A stretch of DNA of 64,000 nt from Candidatus Woesearchaeota archaeon. Its GTDB lineage: Archaea > Nanobdellota > Nanobdellia > Pacearchaeales > GW2011-AR1. The stretch is taken from positions 165,184 to 229,183 of the forward strand of contig CAZETU010000001.1 in assembly GCA_964514585.1 (NCBI GenBank), given 5' to 3'. Below are positions 46,114-55,658 of this stretch, piece by piece. The position numbers were made by a program, and so were the translations under genes. Numbering within the stretch: position 1 is the first letter of the stretch; every line of letters begins with the position of its first letter. The notes under the pieces are model-generated. The model did not search any database. It worked only from the letters and a program-made list of their open reading frames with translations, and was not told the origin of the DNA.

Positions 46114-46624
46114 GAATCTTCACCCCCACAACTAATTTTCCAATCTCACACCTCGGCTCACCACCCAATTCCTTCATATTCTTACAAATCGACACATAAC
46201 TCGAATATTCCTTCACATTACTCTGCCCAGAATCATAAATCTCATAATAATTACAATTAAACCCAGGACATTTCTTAACCTCATCAAACGCAGGATAAAC
46301 CAAATAAACCTTCACAGAAGCAACAGGCCAAAACACCTCATAAGCAGCACTAAAATCTCCAGTCATAATCCGAAGCTTATCCTCATCTAAAGTCATACTC
46401 TCACTAGAATCATAATTCAACTCAGGCATATCTGCAATAACCCGCAAAGAAGAAATCGCCTTATCTCTCTGAAGCGAAGCAGCCCCACCCTGAATATCAC
46501 CAACCCAAATCCCAAGAAAAAACAACCCAACTAAAACAAAAAAGAACATTACAGCAACTATCATAAACGCCATCTGCATAATTTTCATCTGCCCTCGCGC
46601 GCGACATTTCACCATAATCCACAC
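46100..46624 (-). CDS. Class III signal peptide (pilin-like) protein
   Basis: N-terminus ...RARGQMKIMQMAFMIVAVMFFFVLVG. Exact start is uncertain. Confidence 0.45.
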   Translation of the reverse strand: MWIMVKCRARGQMKIMQMAFMIVAVMFFFVLVGLFFLGIWVGDIQGGAASLQRDKAISSLRVIADMPELNYDSSESMTLDEDKLRIMTGDFSAAYEVFWPVASVKVYLVYPAFDEVKKCPGFNCNYYEIYDSGQSNVKEYSSYVSICKNMKELGGEPRCEIGKLVVGVKIHEEQ

Positions 46625-47577
46625 AACTCCATATCATTTCTCCTCTCAAGAGTATCACCTAAAGGCCGCAAATTCATCAAATCTTCAGTAGTAGCATTAC
46701 CAACCAAGCCACTCCAAACAAACAAATCCCCTTTCAAATTCGTATTACAGCCTCGAGCATCCATCAAATCAGCCTTCTCAACAAACATCTCCCCAATCTT
46801 CCCAGCTCGATACATCAACCGCTCAACATTACACTCATAAATATTCTCATCCGAAAAAATCGCAGCATACATCAAACTCCCAACATAATTCATGTCCTCA
46901 CCCTTCTTCACAACAATTCCCTCATCATAAACCGAATCACACTTAGACAAACACGATCCATAAACCGAAATATCACAATCACTCCCCTGTCCAAAACAAA
47001 CATTAACAGCCTCAGGAAAATCACAGCCAACATTTTTCCCAATCGAAATATCATACTCTGAAACCCCAACATTAGGCATCCCAAAACTCAAAACCTCATC
47101 AGCAATCTCATCAGGTGCATCCATAAAACAATAATTCTCACTCGTCAAAAAAATCAAATCCGAAACCTTATACGGAAAATCAAAAGGCTTAGAAAAAACA
47201 TAATAATCCTTACCGGTATTCTTCTCCGAAGAGAAAATATACTTATTATAAACGGAAGTAGCCCCGCCAAAATCGCCCCACTCACCATTCATCCCAGTTT
47301 CCGTCGCAACCGCAATATCATTTTTCCCGAAACCACCAGTGAAACAAATATTCCTAATCTTAGTTTCCTGTCTAAAAGCTATCTGACCAAAAGAACCCTC
47401 GCTAAAACCGGCTTGCAACGGATCAGTAATTATCGAAATACTTTTTCCAATTTCAGTATTTGACCCATAAACTTGAGTATCTCCCGTATTCATAGCCCCA
47501 AAAATCGCCAAGAATAAAATCGCTCCACCAACGATAATCGCAAATAACCACGCAAAATTAAATTGCCCCTTTTTCAT
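46609..47577 (-). CDS. Class III signal peptide (pilin-like) protein, large
   Basis: N-terminus MKKGQFNFAWLFAIIVGGAILFLAIFGA. 322 aa. Confidence 0.5.
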   Translation of the reverse strand: MKKGQFNFAWLFAIIVGGAILFLAIFGAMNTGDTQVYGSNTEIGKSISIITDPLQAGFSEGSFGQIAFRQETKIRNICFTGGFGKNDIAVATETGMNGEWGDFGGATSVYNKYIFSSEKNTGKDYYVFSKPFDFPYKVSDLIFLTSENYCFMDAPDEIADEVLSFGMPNVGVSEYDISIGKNVGCDFPEAVNVCFGQGSDCDISVYGSCLSKCDSVYDEGIVVKKGEDMNYVGSLMYAAIFSDENIYECNVERLMYRAGKIGEMFVEKADLMDARGCNTNLKGDLFVWSGLVGNATTEDLMNLRPLGDTLERRNDMELCGLW

Positions 47578-47615
47578 AAAAATACAATGCCAATACTTTT
47601 TTTAAAATCTCCTAA

Positions 47616-48107
47616 TCAGCTTATCATAACCAACTTATCATAAAAATCCTTCTCGATCCTCAACCCCTTCGAAACCTCGACACAATAAGGATTCCCCTGC
47701 GCAGTAATCTTCTCCAAATTAATATGTTCAATCAATTTCCACTGCATATTTTCAGCTTTCTCCGGCGGAACCAAAAAAGTATTAGCCCTATAAACATCAT
47801 AATTCCGAATCTGATCATAATCCGCCCCAGGCCTAGTTATCGTCGCCGACAAATTAGCAAAACAAACCTTCTCAATCCCCGACGGCAAATCAATATCAAA
47901 ATTAACAGCACTCGACTGACCACTAAGCGCATCATTCACACCCCCCTGCAACTCACGATAAAACAACCCAACACTCGATGCATCTCCAATATCCAAAAAA
48001 TAATCAACCGCAATAAATGCCACAACAACAAAAACAACTATCAACAAAATCGCAAAAATCATACCAAAAGGCATTCCCATCGTCTGCTGTCCCCTCTTCA
48101 ACCTCAT
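47616..48107 (-). CDS. Class III signal peptide (pilin-like) protein
   Basis: N-terminus MRLKRGQQTMGMPFGMIFAILLIVVFVVVAF. Confidence 0.5.
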   Translation of the reverse strand: MRLKRGQQTMGMPFGMIFAILLIVVFVVVAFIAVDYFLDIGDASSVGLFYRELQGGVNDALSGQSSAVNFDIDLPSGIEKVCFANLSATITRPGADYDQIRNYDVYRANTFLVPPEKAENMQWKLIEHINLEKITAQGNPYCVEVSKGLRIEKDFYDKLVMIS

Positions 48108-48221
48108 AATAATTACATAGCAACCGATTTTATAAAACTATAGCTAAAACTATACAATCTCCAACAACACCATTTTGCCGTTGGTAAAATTAATAAAAAA
48201 ATAAAAAAATAATTTTTATAT

Positions 48222-49499
48222 TCAGTAGAGGATGTTCAAACCTGCAATATCTCCAAAGTTAAGAGTTCTTTTCCCAATATCTCCTTCCCAAGAATAGCCA
48301 AACATTGTTTGTTCTCCACATTCAGAATTATACAAATCTCCTAAACCAATTGCATGTCCAAGTTCATGTGTTAAGATATTTTGTAAATCCATTTTCAAAG
48401 GATCTCCATCTCCCCAAGCGAAATCTGTATCCAACATTACGTCAAACTCTGTAATTTGCCTCTTTTTTGGCGGTCCTCCGAAATAACCCCAAACTGAACA
48501 AACTGCGATTACACCATCTTGATCATAGTCGCCAAAAGAGATTACATTTGTCCCATCTCCATTAATTCCGGTTGGATAACTAGAATCAAGAGTTTGAACT
48601 CCAAAGTTAATAAAATCCGTGTCAGCCCAATCTACCGGCTCATTCCATTCACCTATCGATTTATCAACCGCAGCTACAAATTGCTCTGCCGTAACGCCTT
48701 CTTCTCCTTCCGTTACACTTATTAGATAATTAGGCGATGTCCACCATTCCATATCTCTCGATATGAAACTATAACAAGCATCATCTTTTACAGGCTTAGC
48801 TTTCTTAATCAATTTAGACCCACCAATCTGTTCATGTCTGCCATCCGCATAATGAATAAACGTGATTTTTTCTTTATATTGTCCAAGTCCTGCTCCTGCA
48901 GGCGAAACATATTGCATTCCATTTAATCCAGCACAATGGTCGTTTTCAATTTGTTGTATTATTGCAAAGGCACCCCAAATTTCAGGTCCGATTTCTGTTC
49001 CATCAGCAGTCTGCCAAATCTCATCAACCAAAACAGCGTCCGTAGGTGCAGCAACTATCTTAACAAAATAGTTCCATTTACAAATCTCTCCTTTAACCTC
49101 ATATTCGCCACTTTGATGATTAGTCAACCAAGCTCCAGAACCAATATAACTCTCATGTCCATAGTGTCTATCAAGTAACCCATCGTCATCACAATCTTTA
49201 TTACTTAACCATGCATCGTTCCATTTCATAGATAATTTAATATCCCTATAATCGTGGCACCATTCCGCATCTCTGTAGGAATCACAATACCCGCCATTAA
49301 AAAATCTTCCTTGATAATTATAGCCCCATTCGTCAAAACCAGTCGTTATAGTTTCTCCTTCAGAATTAACCAATTCTCCACTTTGAATTGTCATACATTG
49401 ACCAGAAGTCTTCTCCTTATTTTCACTCCCAGCAAAAACCAAACCAATAGTTGAAAACATCATCAGCAGAATTAAACTAAATGTTATTATTTTTTTCAT
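48222..49499 (-). CDS. Secreted metzincin-like zinc metalloprotease (HExxHxxGxxD)
   Basis: Signal peptide MKKIITFSLILLMMFSTIGLVFA. Active-site motif HELGHAIGLGDLY. Strong SD AGGAGGT lies 8 nt upstream of the ATG. Confidence 0.7.
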   Translation of the reverse strand: MKKIITFSLILLMMFSTIGLVFAGSENKEKTSGQCMTIQSGELVNSEGETITTGFDEWGYNYQGRFFNGGYCDSYRDAEWCHDYRDIKLSMKWNDAWLSNKDCDDDGLLDRHYGHESYIGSGAWLTNHQSGEYEVKGEICKWNYFVKIVAAPTDAVLVDEIWQTADGTEIGPEIWGAFAIIQQIENDHCAGLNGMQYVSPAGAGLGQYKEKITFIHYADGRHEQIGGSKLIKKAKPVKDDACYSFISRDMEWWTSPNYLISVTEGEEGVTAEQFVAAVDKSIGEWNEPVDWADTDFINFGVQTLDSSYPTGINGDGTNVISFGDYDQDGVIAVCSVWGYFGGPPKKRQITEFDVMLDTDFAWGDGDPLKMDLQNILTHELGHAIGLGDLYNSECGEQTMFGYSWEGDIGKRTLNFGDIAGLNILY

Positions 49500-49593
49500 A
49501 TTTTTATACCTCCTATAATTTAGTTAAGTATATGTAATCAACGTCGACAAAGTATTTAAATTTTTATACCCCAGCAGATTATACATTATTATC

Positions 49594-52026
49594 TTACAAA
49601 AAATCCTGAGTCGGTCTCACAACAACCGAACAATCAGCGTCCTCATTTCTAAAGGCATCACGACACTTAATATAATAAGTCTCCTGATCATTCCACTCAG
49701 CAACGTGAACACTAGAATTAGAATAAGGCATCTCAACTCCCTCATCAAAACTAAAGTCACAATTATTAAACGAATAAGCACACTCACTATCCCGAACAGT
49801 CACAAGCTTCAACATCTGATCTTCCTCATAAATCCTCGCAACAACCGGCGCATTAGTATCAACATCCAAAGTAAAACTCGCAATATCTAAAGCTAAATTC
49901 CCACCCTCATCGATACACTTAACATAATAATCATGCTCACCACCAACCAAATCTAACCTCTGCGTATGAATTCCATCATCAGTATTCGTATCATAAAACA
50001 TAATGTAGTCATTCTCATTACCAGTCTCAGAATAATAACAAACCGACCGACCATTATTACAACCATAAATCGTCTCAGCATATAACTCAACAGGCGCAGG
50101 ACTAACAGCCCCAAAAATGGTCCCATTAGGCATCAATCTTCTCAACTTCAAACCAGTGCTCCCTCTGAGGCTAAACTTAAAACTCTCTTTATTCTCATTC
50201 CTATCATTCTCTTCAACTCCAGGCTGATCCTTACATCTTACATAAAAGTCAGCTCCATCCCTAGGAATCCCACTAAGCTCACCTTGACAAGTAAACAACT
50301 GCGCCGCATTCATTTGATAAAGCTCACTCGAACAACTCATCTCATTTTGCATATTATCATAATCCTGATCCTGAGTACTCCACCTACAAGTCGACGGCTC
50401 ATTAACATAAAACTCAACCATAGCAGTATCCTGTTCCTCAGCAACACACCCACCATTAACAACCGAAGTAGCCTTAACCTGCGGAGCAGTCACGTCTGGC
50501 GACGGATCAATACAAAACCGAATAGCATACTCAGCCGAATTCTCATTCCCATTCTTATCCTTACACCTCAAATAAAACGTCAAATCCTTCCCATTCTCCA
50601 AAACAAGACCAGTCCCCTCAATCTCAGCAGCCCCAGGCAAACTAAACTTCTCCGAATGATTATAAGAATACAAATTACTCGACCCCACATAACTAATCAT
50701 CTCATCAAATGTCTCAGTATGATTAAAATCAATCTTACACTGCGCTGGCTCATTAACAGTAATCCCAAACTCCAACGGTGTAAACGCTTTTAAGCACCCA
50801 TCACTAGATTCTAAATTAACAATCTTAAATCCAGGACCAGGCGGCGAAATCTTAACATCAGTATACTTATGCCCCAAACTAAGCTCATTATAATTCGGCT
50901 TAATCACAGGCATATCAACATCCCGAGGATTAATATTCACACACTTCTCATCCACTGTTCCCTCATTAACAATCTCACAATTCTGTCCCAAAGATTTACA
51001 CCTATACTCAGAACAAGGCAAAGAGTCATCATTACAAATCTCACAATCATTCCCTCCCGACGGAGCCTGCCACGGCATACACTCAAAAGTCACAACCTCA
51101 GTATCCATCTTCTGATACATAGCAACAAAAACAACAGCCCCAATCCCAACACCAACCAAAGGATTAGAAAGCCACTTCCAAGACTGCGACTCAAGAATTT
51201 TACTATAAGTAGAAAAAAACCTATAAGATCCAGCTCCAGCGGCCAAAGCCGTAGACAAAGCCTCAGTATTTTGTTCCTCCATCCCAAACAAACTTCCAAT
51301 CATCTGACCAGCAAAATAAGCAATTCCTGCCCAAACCAAACCAGAGACAGCTGCATCAGCAAAAGTTCCTTTAATAAGTCCAAGATGAGAAGATCCAAAT
51401 TTAGTACTAGTTTGGCCAGCACTAGTAACCGGAGTCTTAGCAACAACGGAAGAAGTTCCTTCAACAGTTTTTGTAACACCATTAGAATTAGTAACGACCA
51501 TATCATAAGTACCTTTTTCAGCACCAGCAGTAACAGTGGCAGTTGTTCCGTCACCTAAAGCTGCAGTTTCAATACCTTTCTCTCCCATGTATTGTAAGGT
51601 TCCACCATTATAAGTTCCAGCAGGAAGTTGGGTTGTTAAGTCAGCAGCATAAGTAGTGGTTCCAGACCAAGAGCCCGTATTGCCCGAGGCGTAATTCGTA
51701 ACATCAACCTTAGGAGCATTAGAAGGAGGAGTTGGAAGTTTTGAAGTTTCCCCAGCCCCAGCGGATCCCTTAAGTCCCCCAGCACCACCAGTCTCAACAG
51801 TAGAGGTTCCTGCTTCTGCAGCATGTTGAGATGTAATAACACTACCATCGCCAATTATACCATCACCATTAATATCATATTGAAGGTCAACTTCACTAGG
51901 AGTGCCAGCACTAACAAATTCAATATTCCCAATCATAAATGCAAACGCAAAAACAGACAAAATAAACAAGCCTAATTCAAAACTAGCAACGGATTTTTTA
52001 ACAAATAAATCAGACCCTTTTTTCAT
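49594..52026 (-). CDS. Large Cys-rich surface protein, 'module B' paralog (signal peptide, G/A/S-rich TM region, Cys-rich C-terminal domains)
   Basis: 810 aa. After the TM region, FECMPWQAPSGGNDCEICNDDSLPCSEYRCKSLGQNCEI is paralogous to FECKPWQAPSGADDCEKCNGDPLKPCSEYRCASLGAACEI in the 1262-aa protein. Confidence 0.55.
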   Translation of the reverse strand: MKKGSDLFVKKSVASFELGLFILSVFAFAFMIGNIEFVSAGTPSEVDLQYDINGDGIIGDGSVITSQHAAEAGTSTVETGGAGGLKGSAGAGETSKLPTPPSNAPKVDVTNYASGNTGSWSGTTTYAADLTTQLPAGTYNGGTLQYMGEKGIETAALGDGTTATVTAGAEKGTYDMVVTNSNGVTKTVEGTSSVVAKTPVTSAGQTSTKFGSSHLGLIKGTFADAAVSGLVWAGIAYFAGQMIGSLFGMEEQNTEALSTALAAGAGSYRFFSTYSKILESQSWKWLSNPLVGVGIGAVVFVAMYQKMDTEVVTFECMPWQAPSGGNDCEICNDDSLPCSEYRCKSLGQNCEIVNEGTVDEKCVNINPRDVDMPVIKPNYNELSLGHKYTDVKISPPGPGFKIVNLESSDGCLKAFTPLEFGITVNEPAQCKIDFNHTETFDEMISYVGSSNLYSYNHSEKFSLPGAAEIEGTGLVLENGKDLTFYLRCKDKNGNENSAEYAIRFCIDPSPDVTAPQVKATSVVNGGCVAEEQDTAMVEFYVNEPSTCRWSTQDQDYDNMQNEMSCSSELYQMNAAQLFTCQGELSGIPRDGADFYVRCKDQPGVEENDRNENKESFKFSLRGSTGLKLRRLMPNGTIFGAVSPAPVELYAETIYGCNNGRSVCYYSETGNENDYIMFYDTNTDDGIHTQRLDLVGGEHDYYVKCIDEGGNLALDIASFTLDVDTNAPVVARIYEEDQMLKLVTVRDSECAYSFNNCDFSFDEGVEMPYSNSSVHVAEWNDQETYYIKCRDAFRNEDADCSVVVRPTQDFL

Positions 52027-52060
52027 AAATACTACAACAATCAGTTATTTATAAATTCTA

Positions 52061-52576
52061 TTATTCGATAACCCTAAATTTTCTTACATCCGCAGCTCCA
52101 CTTTCTGCTCTAGCAATTACAACATATTCTCCTGGAAGTAAGGAGTCTTTTCTAACAATACATGCTTTCCCCGGCAATGCGTTATACCGATCAAAAGACT
52201 TACCATTTTTGTCTCTAAATTCATAAGAAACACGCTCTCTTTCACTATAAGCCCCTAAATCAATATATATTCCAATGTTTCTATTGTCAATAACATTTCC
52301 AGCATCATTACCCAATTCTGAAATCTCAATATTCCCATTTTCATCCTTATCATCACATTCTCTAAAATTCATTCTGGGATCAGGACTCTTATTAGTACGA
52401 GTTGGGAAATACTGTTCTGATAAAGTTTTAGCATTGGCCTGCCTATCCCTATTCCTCTGAACATGCTTCCCTGCTTCATATGTAGCAATAGGCATACATC
52501 CATTAACAGCAACAGCAGCCAAGCCAGCAAGACCAACTCCTAAAAAACCACGTCTAGTAATATTACCTTTTCTCAT
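52061..52576 (-). CDS. Secreted protein with twin-arginine (Tat)-like signal and lipobox-like Cys
   Basis: N-terminus MRKGNITRRGFLGVGLAGLAAVAVNGCM, giving an RRxFLG motif and AVNGC. Confidence 0.45.
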   Translation of the reverse strand: MRKGNITRRGFLGVGLAGLAAVAVNGCMPIATYEAGKHVQRNRDRQANAKTLSEQYFPTRTNKSPDPRMNFRECDDKDENGNIEISELGNDAGNVIDNRNIGIYIDLGAYSERERVSYEFRDKNGKSFDRYNALPGKACIVRKDSLLPGEYVVIARAESGAADVRKFRVIE

Positions 52577-52705
52577 ACAAACTACAAGAATTCAAACTTT
52601 AAAAGCTTTTCGATTTGTCATCACTCTTAAGAGACAAAGAAAGAAATTATTTAATTCTAATTAATCCATAGGTAAATTTTTATAACACTATTCTCTATTA
52701 AATAT

Positions 52706-53722
52706 ATGGATCTCATTAAACCAAAAAACTTGGAAAGGGGAGACACTATAGGAATTATTTCTCCTTCGGGAGGCCTAGCTCCGTTCGCTCCTCACAGACT
52801 AGATAATGCAATTAAATTCTTAGAAAATCAAGGGTATAAAGTAAAAGAGTTTTCTTGCACGAGGAAAAATAATGGATGGGAATCAGCTCCAGCAGAGGAA
52901 AGAGCCAAAGATATAATGGCCGCATTTTTAGACGAAGAAGTAAAGGCAATTATATGTTCAATAGGTGGGAACACTCTAAATAAAGTATTAAAATATCTAG
53001 ATTTCGGAAAAATCGGAGAAAACCCAAAAATATTATGTGGGTATTCAGATATAAGCGTTCTTCATTATGCAATATTAAAAAAGACAGGGCTATCAACTTT
53101 TTACGGTCCATGTATGATGACCCAGTTTGGAGAGTATCCAAGTCCTCTGAGCTATACTATAGAATATTTTAACAAAGCAATTGTAAATGGGAACATTGGA
53201 GAAGTAGAATCATCAGAAGAATGGACTGGAGAAACCCTAGATTGGTTTGCAAAAAAAGATCTAGAAAGACCTAGAAAATTATCAAAAAACCCGGGCTATA
53301 AATGGCTAAAAGAGGGTAAAGCTAACGGAGAATTAATCGGCGGGTGTCTCCATTCCATAGCACACTTAATAGGAACAGAATATTGGCCAAATCATAATGA
53401 AAAAATTTTATTTATAGAAACACCAGAAGGGGAAGACTTCAAGAAAAGCGAATCACTGGCCGAAATTGATGCTCAGTTAGCAGACCTCGAAATTGCAGGG
53501 ATTTTTAAACAAATAAAAGGCTTGGTGATAGGAAGACCTTTTGGCCAATCAGAAAAAGAAGTCGAAAAATTCAAAGAAGCAATTCTTGATAACACTAAAG
53601 ATTACAGTTTCCCAATTTTATTCGGGATAGATATAGGACATACTGATCCCCAAATAACAATTCCTTTAGGAGCAAATGCAGATTTAGATTCCGAGAAAAA
53701 TTTATTTATGATAAACAAATAA
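52706..53722 (+). CDS. Peptidase S66 family (LD-carboxypeptidase LdcA / microcin C7 immunity MccF-like)
   Basis: Contains IISPSGG, IICSIGGNTLNKVL, nucleophile motif GYSDISVLH and C-terminal His region GIDIGHTDPQ. Confidence 0.75.
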   Translation: MDLIKPKNLERGDTIGIISPSGGLAPFAPHRLDNAIKFLENQGYKVKEFSCTRKNNGWESAPAEERAKDIMAAFLDEEVKAIICSIGGNTLNKVLKYLDFGKIGENPKILCGYSDISVLHYAILKKTGLSTFYGPCMMTQFGEYPSPLSYTIEYFNKAIVNGNIGEVESSEEWTGETLDWFAKKDLERPRKLSKNPGYKWLKEGKANGELIGGCLHSIAHLIGTEYWPNHNEKILFIETPEGEDFKKSESLAEIDAQLADLEIAGIFKQIKGLVIGRPFGQSEKEVEKFKEAILDNTKDYSFPILFGIDIGHTDPQITIPLGANADLDSEKNLFMINK

Positions 53723-53726
53723 TCTA

Positions 53727-54830
53727 CTAATTAACTTCATCTCTCCCAACTTCTCGAACCCCAGCGCTTGAAACAATAATTTTTTTTGGAACTCCAATAT
53801 AGTCTGAAAATTTTGCCTTCGTTGTTCTTCTTGTTCTACGGTCATCAAGTAAAACACGCCCGCCTTCAGATCTTATTTTTTCATAAACTTCTCTAGTTCT
53901 AGCATAAACATCTTCTGAATCACCAAACATTAAAACAGAAGTATCAAATGGTCTTATCTCTTCAGGCAAGTCAAACCCCCTACTGTCTCTCGAAGCATCA
54001 AATGCAGAGTAAAGCATTCTTTCAATACCCATAGAAAATGATCCCAAAACAGGAAAAACATTTTCATTTTTATCGTTAGTGAATTTCAAAGATCTAACTC
54101 TTGGAACGTATTCATATCCCATGGCTAAACTTAATGCCTTATTTTGCTGATCATCCCAATTAACATTATCTCCCTCGGGGCATTTATAGAAATATTCCAA
54201 ATCAAAATCTAAATGAGGCCCTCTTCTAACGTTTTCACCTCTCTTTCTTTTTGTTGCTTTGATCCCCAATCTATCAAAAAGACCTTCACAGGCTGATTCA
54301 TATTGATTAAGTGAAAGGCCAAATCTTCTTCTATCCTCATCAAGAGATAGCATTGCACAAACCTCAAACTCTCGCAATTTTAAAATTCCTCGAGGATCTT
54401 TTATAGGTCTTAGTAGACTCTTATAAAAAAATAATCTCAATGGCAAAGTTCTATAAGAGACAGTATCTCTGTTTAGCCAATCGACAATTTCCATTTCATG
54501 GGTTGTAAGCCCTATATACTTTTCCATTGGGCTAGGCAAAGTAACAAACTTTCTCTCGAAAGTATCTTGGATTTCTGTTCCATCGTTTAAAACTTCACGT
54601 TTCATATAACTAGGAATTTCAATATGTAACGCGTCCATTCCTTCATGGCTTTCTCTAACTAATCTAGTAAGATTATCTCGTACCATAGATCCAATTGGAA
54701 GAGAAAAAGGCAATCCAGGATTCTTAAAAGAGAAAAAAACTCCCCGCTCTAAAAGATCAGATGTTCTAAAATCTTGAAAATTATTAGGAATTTTAAATGA
54801 ATTTGGAAAAGGCAACTTACTTATTCTCAT
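53727..54830 (-). CDS. Class IIa aminoacyl-tRNA-synthetase-like paralog (minimal catalytic core + anticodon-binding domain; ProRS/ThrRS/GlyRS-like)
   Basis: Motif-2-like RGILKLREFEVCAM (REF hallmark). Motif-3-like GSFSMGIERMLYSA. C-terminal class-II anticodon-binding-domain pattern VLMFGDSEDVYARTREVYEKIRSEGGRVLLDDRRTRRTTKAKFSDYIGVPKKIIV. Only 367 aa. Confidence 0.55.
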   Translation of the reverse strand: MRISKLPFPNSFKIPNNFQDFRTSDLLERGVFFSFKNPGLPFSLPIGSMVRDNLTRLVRESHEGMDALHIEIPSYMKREVLNDGTEIQDTFERKFVTLPSPMEKYIGLTTHEMEIVDWLNRDTVSYRTLPLRLFFYKSLLRPIKDPRGILKLREFEVCAMLSLDEDRRRFGLSLNQYESACEGLFDRLGIKATKRKRGENVRRGPHLDFDLEYFYKCPEGDNVNWDDQQNKALSLAMGYEYVPRVRSLKFTNDKNENVFPVLGSFSMGIERMLYSAFDASRDSRGFDLPEEIRPFDTSVLMFGDSEDVYARTREVYEKIRSEGGRVLLDDRRTRRTTKAKFSDYIGVPKKIIVSSAGVREVGRDEVN

Positions 54831-55657
54831 TTTATTCTTTTAGAAGTATAAAGCTCCGAATCTTCCCAAGCCATTTTATTAGAGAGTATCATTATGTCAT
54901 ATCCCATCTTTGATAAATTTTCTCTAAATAAAAACATGTATTCCTTGTAGTTTTTCATTAATTTTTCTAAAGTTTCTGGGAGTAAATCATTAAGGTGTTT
55001 TCTGTTTAATATATCCTCGACAAATCCACTTACAACACCATCCTTAATATAATCAAATTTAAAACTAAGTTCAACATATTTTTCTAAACCAGGCAAATCA
55101 AAAAACTTAATCCAATCTTTCTTATAGAGTGGTGTTATATCTACATGTATTGCTTTTGAAACATCTTCAATTAGTTTTTTAGATGGAACCTCCATATAAT
55201 ACATAGGAACTGCTACAATAAATCCAGATTTTTTGCAAACTCGTCTACATTCCTCAAACGCTTTTTCTCTATTGGACATTAAAGAAAGCACATTGCCAAC
55301 TATTACCAAATCAAATGTTTCATCTTCAAAGGGAAGAGAATTAACATCTGCTTTTTTAAATCTAATATTGTCCAATTTCTCCACATTAGCTCTTTTTGCC
55401 GCCTCTTTTAGACTCATTTCGTTTATATCTATAGAAATTAATTTGCAGGGAATCAGTTTGCTTAATTCAATCGCGGTAAATCCAGTACTGGTCCCAATTT
55501 CTAAAACCTTACTGTATCTATCTATACAAGTTCTATTTGCAATTTCAAAAACAGTATTTCTCCCACCCGGGATCCTGTTTGTTTCTTTAGTTAAGCCAAT
55601 TAATTGATTGTAATCCATTTTATCAATATCATCCGCTGTTAATTCTTCAATTTTCAT
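54827..55657 (-). CDS. Class I SAM-dependent methyltransferase
   Basis: Motif I VLEIGTSTGFTAIELS and motif IV-like DLVIVGNVL. ATGA overlap with the downstream gene. Confidence 0.65.
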   Translation of the reverse strand: MKIEELTADDIDKMDYNQLIGLTKETNRIPGGRNTVFEIANRTCIDRYSKVLEIGTSTGFTAIELSKLIPCKLISIDINEMSLKEAAKRANVEKLDNIRFKKADVNSLPFEDETFDLVIVGNVLSLMSNREKAFEECRRVCKKSGFIVAVPMYYMEVPSKKLIEDVSKAIHVDITPLYKKDWIKFFDLPGLEKYVELSFKFDYIKDGVVSGFVEDILNRKHLNDLLPETLEKLMKNYKEYMFLFRENLSKMGYDIMILSNKMAWEDSELYTSKRIK

Positions 55658-55658
55658 T

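Noticed and set aside
50284-51558. Plus-strand ORFs (169 and 229 aa) inside the 810-aa gene and similar ones inside the 1262-aa gene (60277-62643)
   Set aside because: They are antisense to long paralog-supported genes. Translations are R/S/N/I-rich low-complexity with no motifs.
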